Origin: a virus
Virus record (IMG/VR): IMGVR_UViG_3300010403_000017
Location: 1 to 40,665 of that record
Length of the DNA: 40,665 nt
Reading direction: 5' to 3' (one strand)
Shown here: positions 24,063 through 30,105 of the stretch, piece by piece
How the letters are laid out: every line of letters starts with the position of its first letter
Numbering within the stretch: the first letter of the stretch is position 1
Position numbers and translations under genes: made by a program
Notes under the pieces: model-generated
The model's input: the letters and a program-made list of their open reading frames with translations, nothing else
What the model was told of the DNA's origin: nothing
The model's database searches: none

Positions 24063-24638
24063 ATGCCAATGACACGCTTACTTACCTTCATACTTTTCTG
24101 TTCCAGTCTCGCGATTGCCGATGATATTAAGTTTCGAGATGGATCCTTCCTTAAAAACGTTCAGGTCACAGATACGACTGATGGAAAGATCACAGTAAAA
24201 TACCTGGCCACGACGAGGCATTTTCCTCTCAGCACGATCGATGCCATCACAAAAGCTGACTACGATTATACTCAGCCAAGCCCCTATTACACTTCTGAAC
24301 AATTCATGAACGATCCACTGGCTCAGGTTCATCCGGCGCCAACGGGAATCACCGGCGCGGTGATTGTAACGCGGCCGAATCTCAAGCTTCTGCCTTTGTC
24401 TCTTCTGGCAGTCGGGCTTTCATGGGATTATTTTGCTCAGGCATCGGACCTCGGAGATCTCATCGACGCAACATCGAAATTCGGGGGAGATACTTCTGAG
24501 CTTGAATCGGCGCATACCCGGAAAACTATTCTTGGAGTGACCTTCCTCGCAGCGGGCATCGTCAATGCCTACATCAGCCTCCAATCGGTCGAGATCAAAG
24601 CCTCCCCGAACTCAATTGCGATCGCATACAAGTTCTAA
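24063..24638 (+). CDS. Signal-peptide membrane protein in the lysogeny operon (candidate superinfection-exclusion or conversion factor)
   Basis: MTRLLTFILFCSSLAIA-DD signal-like N-terminus and two later hydrophobic segments. Squeezed between the cI stop (24055) and the int start (TAATG overlap at 24638). Confidence 0.55.
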   Translation: MPMTRLLTFILFCSSLAIADDIKFRDGSFLKNVQVTDTTDGKITVKYLATTRHFPLSTIDAITKADYDYTQPSPYYTSEQFMNDPLAQVHPAPTGITGAVIVTRPNLKLLPLSLLAVGLSWDYFAQASDLGDLIDATSKFGGDTSELESAHTRKTILGVTFLAAGIVNAYISLQSVEIKASPNSIAIAYKF

Positions 24639-25672
24639 TGGGGAAGCTCCGCCGCAATAGGCTCGGGATCTACTTCTTCGACAGCTACGTTGATTCCTAC
24701 GACTATAATGTGAAGGGGAGAAAGCGGAAGCGGATCTCACTCGGGACGCGGGACGTGAAGGTGGCCCGGGCAAAATGCGCCGAGCTTCGAATCGAGCTGG
24801 AGGACTACAAGGATATCCAATCGCGATCGATGGAGGACTTTAAACGAGACTACGTCAAATGGGCGGAGCTCCGGCGGGCGCCTACCACTGTCAAAAATTA
24901 CGTGATCGTTCTCAAGAAGATATCAGAACTCATACCGGTGAAGTCCATCACACAGATCGAGCGACGACATGCCGAATCATTCGTCATCACCCTTGCGCAA
25001 AACATGACGGCACGTGGGGTGAACTTCTACCTGCGGACCGCCAAAGCGGTCTTCAACGACGCCCTGGAATGGAATCTCATCTATGAGAACCCCTTCGCAA
25101 AAATACAGATGCTCAAGGAGAAGACGATCAAACCGAGGATCCTATCCCCACACGAGATCTCACTCTTCTTCAGTAAGGCGGCAGAACTCTACCCGAAGCT
25201 TGTCGAGGTGTTTCAATTTTACCTCTTGACCGGCCTTCGCCGATCGGAGGCGATCGGGCTGCGGATGGAGGATGTGAACTTTGAAACGAGCTCGATTCTG
25301 GTTCACGGCAAGGGTGATAAATACCGGGTCGTGCCTCTCATGCCGATCGCTCGGGATATCCTCCTTCGTCGCAAGGACGCGCCCAGGCCGTTCGAATGGG
25401 CCGGATCCACCCTGACACACGCCTTCAACGACATCCGGAAGAGCGCGGGCATCAAGAATGTGAAGCTCCATGACCTACGGAAGACCTTTGCAACGATGCT
25501 CATGGACTATGGGATATCGTCTCTGGCGATCACGAACTGGCTCGGGCACGAGGATGACCAAGTCACGCGGAGGCATTACCTGGGTTACAACGACGCAGCA
25601 ACGATGGAGAAGATGAAGGAGCTCGAAAAGGGGATCCTTCTAAGCCTACCTGAAGGGACCTTTGGTAGTTAA
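24638..25672 (+). CDS. int: Tyrosine recombinase (phage integrase)
   Basis: TGLRRSE (Arg), HDLRKTFAT (His-x-x-Arg), GHEDDQVTRRHY (His ... Tyr). Confidence 0.92.
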   Translation: MGKLRRNRLGIYFFDSYVDSYDYNVKGRKRKRISLGTRDVKVARAKCAELRIELEDYKDIQSRSMEDFKRDYVKWAELRRAPTTVKNYVIVLKKISELIPVKSITQIERRHAESFVITLAQNMTARGVNFYLRTAKAVFNDALEWNLIYENPFAKIQMLKEKTIKPRILSPHEISLFFSKAAELYPKLVEVFQFYLLTGLRRSEAIGLRMEDVNFETSSILVHGKGDKYRVVPLMPIARDILLRRKDAPRPFEWAGSTLTHAFNDIRKSAGIKNVKLHDLRKTFATMLMDYGISSLAITNWLGHEDDQVTRRHYLGYNDAATMEKMKELEKGILLSLPEGTFGS

Positions 25673-25917
25673 GAACTGAGGAGCCGAAGCAGTCCCTTCC
25701 TGCCCAAGCAGCTTTGTTTTGTTCCGAGGATCGCGGCGAGCACGCCAGGCTTCAGTGATTCGGATTTTGTGGGAATTACGATAACGCGAGTTCTATCGGG
25801 GAATTTCTTTTGCAGCACCTGCCCATGCGTTGAATGTCGTATCTCCACCCAGCCATCTTTTTTGACAAGCAGGTCGATTAGTTCGTTGCCGGAGATAGCT
25901 GGGAGGGACTCGCCCAT
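25669..25917 (-). CDS. hicA: HicA-like toxin (YcfA/HicA family mRNA interferase)
   Basis: 82 aa. ELIDLLVKKDGWVEIRHSTHGQVLQK...VIVIPTKSESLKPGVLAAIL follows the HicA pattern. Start overlaps the hicB stop (TAATG). Confidence 0.7.
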   Translation of the reverse strand: MGESLPAISGNELIDLLVKKDGWVEIRHSTHGQVLQKKFPDRTRVIVIPTKSESLKPGVLAAILGTKQSCLGRKGLLRLLSS

Positions 25918-26225
25918 TAACAGGCGGGGGCGAGGGAGGTCACGTATGGCTGGGAGAATATGGCTGGATCGGTCGGAGCGTCAATAGTCTCCTCCTCGTG
26001 CGAATGGTTATGGAGAATGGTGATGCCATTTTCTCTAAAAAACCGCTCGCGCTCTCCGACCTCTTCCAAGCCGTTGAGATGAAGCTGCAACAAATCGATC
26101 AGCTCCCTCTGCACTTGTTCAAGTGAATCTGCCTGAGTCGCAGTGCCAAGTTCCTTGCATACTCCGACCCACACACCGTCTGTCTCCTTATGAAAAAGAA
26201 GCGTAAGTTTGATGACTGTCCTCAC
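25917..26225 (-). CDS. hicB: HicB-like antitoxin (UPF0150 fold)
   Basis: FHKETDGVWVGVCKELGTATQADSLEQVQRELIDLLQLHL pattern. GTG start with GAGGG 6 nt upstream. Confidence 0.65.
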   Translation of the reverse strand: MRTVIKLTLLFHKETDGVWVGVCKELGTATQADSLEQVQRELIDLLQLHLNGLEEVGERERFFRENGITILHNHSHEEETIDAPTDPAIFSQPYVTSLAPAC

Positions 26226-26255
26226 TGAAAGCCCTCAGTTGATGGTTGATTTATA

Positions 26256-26271
26256 GTTACTGGATAGTAAC
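26256..26271. promoter_or_regulatory. Palindrome GTTACT-ggat-AGTAAC upstream of hicB (candidate operator)
   Basis: Perfect 6-bp arms 31 nt upstream of the hicB start, abutting a TATAAA hexamer (minus strand, 26250..26255). Confidence 0.4.
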
Positions 26272-26462
26272 CGTGCGCCCTGTATATAATGTAACATCTG
26301 GCGATAGGCCAAATGTGCCGTGTCTCACGGGTGAAAAAAACACATATTGAGCGCGGAGAAGGGGGGTAAAATTAACATACTGCCCTATGCTAATTTTGGT
26401 TATCGATACTCACTTGAAATAATAAGCATTCTTGGTGCCAATGTCAACAATCCTTGCGACCG

Positions 26463-26695
26463 GGCGCACCAATAAAGACATCGCTCTGATGCATCATAGG
26501 CACACATTGGGCACACTGGTTTCAAAAAGTGGCGATTTTCGTGACCCCGGCGCGAATCGAACGCGCAACCTACAGCTTAGAAGAATGGCCAGAGCGTTTT
26601 AGATTCCCAATGTTTTCGAATTTCTATCCGTTTGCGTGAGTCTCAATGCGTCTGAGTGAGCCTCAGCGCTCTTTTGGGCACACCGTTGGGCACAC
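26463..26695. mobile_element. attP region: tRNA-derived core flanked by GGCACAC arm-type repeats
   Basis: GGCGCAC at 26463, GGCACAC at 26499, TTGGGCACAC at 26507, then the core, then TTGGGCACAC at 26674 and 26686. All are in the same orientation. Confidence 0.7.
26542..26583 (-). other. 3-prime 42 nt of a tRNA-Arg(UCU)-like gene (attP core; not a functional tRNA)
   Basis: Minus strand: CTTCTAA (anticodon loop, UCU), GCTGT, AGGTT, GCGCG-TTCGATT-CGCGC (T arm), CGGGGTC-A (acceptor plus discriminator). No matching 5-prime half is present. Confidence 0.75.
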
Positions 26696-26725
26696 AAAAA
26701 AGGTGGCTGTTGGTCAGCAGCCACC
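26696..26725 (-). terminator. Rho-independent terminator ending the late/lysis operon
   Basis: Minus strand: GGTGGCTG / ctgaccaa / CAGCCACC, followed by TTTTTTG. Lies 43 nt downstream of the last lysis-cassette stop. Confidence 0.7.
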
Positions 26726-26767
26726 ACAAGAGAATCGGGGAATTGGAGCGGGGTCGGGTCGGTGGGG

Positions 26768-27586
26768 TTACAGTCTGAAAATCTCGTAGCTGATCTGGTA
26801 GTACGGCGTCTGATTGACAAAGAGGAGTACTCCGGCGCCGATACGGTCCAGGTTCACGCGGGCCCCAAGCGCGGCCTCTTCCTTCCAGCCGGCCCACAAT
26901 GACAGCTGCGTCGGGTCGAGATCGAATAACCGGTAGCCGGCCGTCCAGAGTGGCTTCTCTCCGGCAAGGAACATGGCGCCGGCCGATATCTTCCCCAGCT
27001 GGAGCTCGCCACCCAGGCCTGCGATCTGTTGATACCCGCCGGTGAACCGGAAGGCGAAGCCCCCGAGATCGAACACGCCATTGTCACGCGATCGCGTCGT
27101 CACTTCGGAGGGAATCACGAATGGATCCACCCCGGCGTAGATCAGCTGGAAGGTATTGAACGGTTCTCCGTAAAACATAGCCGAGACGCGCATCTTCGTC
27201 TTCGCGCTCGAGTGGACTGTATCGCCCTCATGGACCAATCCCACGTTGACAGCGACCTCGGTAGAATCATCCATCAGATACGTTACTACTTTCTCTGAAT
27301 CGAGCACTATCCTTCGATACGGCGACCCGGTATCGCCAGGGTAACCCGTTTCCCACTTCGGCGTCAGAAGCCGCGTCAATTGATCATAGAGCTTTCGGTT
27401 TTCCTTCTTGAGCCGGGCGAGCTCCACGGTATCGACCTTGGCGGGGATGATGTGATCCTTCACCGGCTCGATGGCGACCGCCGCGGGCGCGGTCGTGACG
27501 GTTTCAGTAACCGAAAGACGTCCCAGGAAGAACGCGCCGGCTAAGGCAGCGGCACAGGCTAAGAGGGTAAACGTTGTCTTATTCAT
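26768..27586 (-). CDS. Envelope protein coupled to the endolysin: N-terminal TM anchor, coiled coil, beta-rich C-terminal domain (candidate spanin equivalent)
   Basis: MNKTTFTLLACAAALAGAFFLGR anchor. ELARLKKENRKLYDQLTRL helix. C-terminal alternating-hydrophobic strands ending YYQISYEIFRL. ATGA overlap with the SLT stop. Confidence 0.55.
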   Translation of the reverse strand: MNKTTFTLLACAAALAGAFFLGRLSVTETVTTAPAAVAIEPVKDHIIPAKVDTVELARLKKENRKLYDQLTRLLTPKWETGYPGDTGSPYRRIVLDSEKVVTYLMDDSTEVAVNVGLVHEGDTVHSSAKTKMRVSAMFYGEPFNTFQLIYAGVDPFVIPSEVTTRSRDNGVFDLGGFAFRFTGGYQQIAGLGGELQLGKISAGAMFLAGEKPLWTAGYRLFDLDPTQLSLWAGWKEEAALGARVNLDRIGAGVLLFVNQTPYYQISYEIFRL

Positions 27587-28107
27587 ACGAACTCCTTTGA
27601 GAGTTGTTCCCTGAAGAGAAGGACCTCATCGGGGTAATGAGGATTGCCGCCGCCATTCCAGAAGAGAAGGGCCTTGTGCATGTCACCCTTGGCGATGCCA
27701 AGTTTATAGATCAGATGCTTCACGCCCCACTCGATATGCCACTCCGGGGTCTGGGCATACTCATCGATCCCCTTGCAGATCGTCAGCTGAGACTTCGGAT
27801 CCTTCAGCGGATCGGCCAGCGGATACTTCGCGTTGTACCAGCCGATGAAATACTGGAAAAAGCCTCGCTCCAGGAGCGCTTCACCCATCATCTGGGTCAG
27901 GCCGTAGCTTGTGGAAAGAAGTACCGAGGCGCTTGTCGGGAGATCCTTTCGGTGCTTCATATAGCGCTCCTGGAAACCGTCTTCCATGCGCAGTGCGGTC
28001 GGATCGAAGCTACTCTCCCTTTGCACGATCGCGAGTGCGACCAGGGAATCGATGCCGGCCGGTGAGGCGTACTTTTGGCAGAGGGCGTAGATGAGTTTCT
28101 TATCCAT
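27583..28107 (-). CDS. Lytic transglycosylase (SLT/GH23-type endolysin)
   Basis: AIVQRESSFDP (catalytic Glu-Ser) and SYGLTQMM motifs. Confidence 0.85.
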   Translation of the reverse strand: MDKKLIYALCQKYASPAGIDSLVALAIVQRESSFDPTALRMEDGFQERYMKHRKDLPTSASVLLSTSYGLTQMMGEALLERGFFQYFIGWYNAKYPLADPLKDPKSQLTICKGIDEYAQTPEWHIEWGVKHLIYKLGIAKGDMHKALLFWNGGGNPHYPDEVLLFREQLSKEFV

Positions 28108-28214
28108 GTGATTCCTAAAATTAAGGGCGGACCATCATTCGAGGAGGCGTCGAAGGATTGGACCGGAGCGTTGGATCCGCGGCCCGCCCGGGTTCTCGCG
28201 TGGTAGCGTATTAT

Positions 28215-28415
28215 TTACTTCGTGCCGACATCTTCACTGGACTTGTCGTTGTCGCGCGCGCAGATGAGGCCGATGCCGCCCAGGATACCTCCGAGCGACG
28301 TGGTTGCAACGGCTTCGTTGAACGTACCGTTCTTGATCGAGAAGTAGATCCCGACGATGCCGCCGACGACCATGGTAATGCCGGCAGAGGTTGTTTTCCA
28401 TGAACCTTTGAACAT
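28215..28415 (-). CDS. Small two-TM protein (holin or antiholin candidate, 66 aa)
   Basis: ATG 28415 with AGGAG 7 nt upstream. Hydrophobic segments GITMVVGGIVGIYF and LGGILGGIGLIC. Confidence 0.55.
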   Translation of the reverse strand: MFKGSWKTTSAGITMVVGGIVGIYFSIKNGTFNEAVATTSLGGILGGIGLICARDNDKSSEDVGTK

Positions 28416-28437
28416 GATGCTTCTCCTTCGATTGTGA

Positions 28438-28989
28438 TTATTGTGATTCGACCAGCTGAAACAATTCGGGATGCGCTTTGACGACTCCATAGAGATCCTG
28501 CGGGCTTACCAGATCCGGATCGAAATTAAGGATGGGGGAAAGTGATATCTCAGTGAGATAGTCATACTGCACCTCACTACAGATGATTCCTTGTCGTACC
28601 CAGTCCGGGAGATGGATCATCGGAATGCGAAGCTTCTCATAGACCCACTTGATGACGAAACACGGCAGCTGCAGGAAGCCGTACCGTGTCCCGGCCCATT
28701 CGTGGTATCCCTTCAAGAGCGCGCGATCGGTCACTTCATCGGACCGGACGATCCCCTGCGGCTGATAGATCTCATAAGCGCAATTGACGTCACCTCTGTA
28801 TCTCGCCAGCGGCACGGTACACACTGCCATCTGGGCCTCCATGACCATCTCCTCGCCCTCGACCGGGAAGGTGACAATGAACCCATGCGACCATTTCGAG
28901 GCGGTAAAGAACATGATGAGCTTCTGCAGCCAGGAGGCGTTCGCCTTCGGACCTGAGAAGCCGATGCAACCTTTCAAGGAATCATTCAT
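28438..28989 (-). CDS. Permuted papain-like (YiiX/C92, NlpC/P60-superfamily) amidase or peptidase
   Basis: His-first order: SKWSHGFIV ... VMEAQ ... then GIICSEVQYDYL (Cys), as in YaeF/YiiX-type enzymes. Located in the lysis cassette. Confidence 0.55.
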   Translation of the reverse strand: MNDSLKGCIGFSGPKANASWLQKLIMFFTASKWSHGFIVTFPVEGEEMVMEAQMAVCTVPLARYRGDVNCAYEIYQPQGIVRSDEVTDRALLKGYHEWAGTRYGFLQLPCFVIKWVYEKLRIPMIHLPDWVRQGIICSEVQYDYLTEISLSPILNFDPDLVSPQDLYGVVKAHPELFQLVESQ

Positions 28990-28991
28990 TT

Positions 28992-29357
28992 TTAGGTGCC
29001 CTCCATTAGCCGGTCTTCCAGGCGTTGCACGTCCTGCCGGTGTTCTGCCCGGGGGAGATAATCGCGGGCCATCTCGACGCGCAGATTCGCGATGTTCTCA
29101 TTTACATGTCGCGAGCTATCGTAGACGGTCGCTATGATTGAATCTTTCATGGCCAGGATGCTCGTGTTCAGGTGCGTAAGCTTTTGGTCGAGCTCGGTTT
29201 TCTGGGCGCCGATCTTTGCTTCGAGCAGCGTGACGCGAGTATTCGTCTCGGCGTCTCTCTCATCGCTTTGCTTGATCGAACGCCGGAAGAACCACCACAG
29301 CATGATTGCCAGGGCCGTAATGGCTGTCGTGATGATCCACCATGTGGGGTCATTCAT
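28992..29357 (-). CDS. Type II membrane protein with a periplasmic coiled coil (i-spanin-like or holin regulator)
   Basis: WWIITTAITALAIMLWWFF TM segment, then 90 helical, charged residues. Confidence 0.5.
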   Translation of the reverse strand: MNDPTWWIITTAITALAIMLWWFFRRSIKQSDERDAETNTRVTLLEAKIGAQKTELDQKLTHLNTSILAMKDSIIATVYDSSRHVNENIANLRVEMARDYLPRAEHRQDVQRLEDRLMEGT

Positions 29358-29622
29358 GGACGCCTTTACTGAAGTAGATCATCCCGGTGAAGCTCGCGCC
29401 GATGCCGGCCCACAAGAATACCCGGATGAAGTCGGTGAGATATTGGGGGTCGATCCCCCAGTGATACAGGAGGTAGTTGCCGGCGCCCAGGAATCCTGAG
29501 AGCGAGAGGATCAGTACCAGCAGCTTGACGGATCTCGAGAAGCCGTTCTTTCTGATGGCGAAGAATACCCTCATTCCGGAGAAGGAGGCGTAGGCGCACA
29601 AGACGGAGAGGACGACGTACAT
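29350..29622 (-). CDS. Holin candidate (three TM segments, 90 aa)
   Basis: Three hydrophobic segments and a charged C-terminus. First gene of the lysis cassette. Confidence 0.6.
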   Translation of the reverse strand: MYVVLSVLCAYASFSGMRVFFAIRKNGFSRSVKLLVLILSLSGFLGAGNYLLYHWGIDPQYLTDFIRVFLWAGIGASFTGMIYFSKGVHE

Positions 29623-29638
29623 TGAAGGTTCCCTGAGA

Positions 29639-29962
29639 TTATTTGAGGTTTGGGAAGACGTGAAACTCTATGATATCGGATGGATACTCGATCCCTCCGA
29701 TCACAGCAAACGCCTGGGCCTTGTAATCTCCGTTGTTGTCGAGATCTACCTGACCGGATTCGTTCTTTGTGATGTACTGCATCTTACCGTCCGATCCGTC
29801 AGTGTGGAGCTGGGCGTCGAATTGCTTCACACCGTTATTGGCGGTGATGAGAACGATTACCCTCGAGCTCGCCGCGGCAAGATTCACCAGGTTGTCGTCC
29901 TGGTCGCGTACGACGAATATCAGTGGCAAGATCTGACCCTGTCTGATTTCTCCGATTGCCAT
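29639..29962 (-). CDS. Ig-like (BppU-N-like) domain protein
   Basis: 107 aa. The beta-sandwich-like pattern L.F.V.D.D.N.V.L......V.....NG ... G.M.Y ... GDY.A.A resembles baseplate Ig-like domains. Confidence 0.4.
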   Translation of the reverse strand: MAIGEIRQGQILPLIFVVRDQDDNLVNLAAASSRVIVLITANNGVKQFDAQLHTDGSDGKMQYITKNESGQVDLDNNGDYKAQAFAVIGGIEYPSDIIEFHVFPNLK

Positions 29963-29964
29963 CG

Positions 29965-30105
29965 TTATATCCTCACATTGAATACTTTTTTGAAGCTCAT
30001 ATAGACATTGAAGATCGCCCTGTGGAGATACTGGACCGCCGCCTGGAGGTTGGTAACCTGCGGTGTTCCGTATGGGGTCGTGCCATATGACGATTGTCCG
30101 AACAT
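29965..30105 (-). CDS. Unlisted 46-aa ORF, coupled at both ends
   Basis: ATG 30105 shares its A with the TGA of the 1416-aa gene. Hand translation: MFGQSSYGTTPYGTPQVTNLQAAVQYLHRAIFNVYMSFKKVFNVRI. The stop is 2 nt before the next ATG, and its 3-prime end carries that gene's GAGGA RBS. Confidence 0.4.
   Translation of the reverse strand: MFGQSSYGTTPYGTPQVTNLQAAVQYLHRAIFNVYMSFKKVFNVRI

Noticed and set aside
26542-26620. Possible intact tRNA gene.
   Set aside because: Only the anticodon loop to acceptor 3-prime strand is present. The sequence where the 5-prime acceptor, D arm and 5-prime anticodon stem should be (26584..26620) cannot pair with the 3-prime half. It is interpreted as the attP core.
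28108-28214. The GC-rich 107-bp gap upstream of the SLT gene (CCGCGGCCCGCCCGGG), considered as a terminator or small gene.
   Set aside because: Only short 4-6 bp self-complementary GC blocks are present, with no U-tract. The only ORF is a few codons long. I could not support any specific element.
29168-29353. A 61-aa ORF embedded out of frame in the TM plus coiled-coil gene, considered as an Rz1-like o-spanin.
   Set aside because: It has no signal sequence and no lipobox (L-x-x-C after a hydrophobic core). Its composition is Arg/Ser/Pro-rich nonsense.
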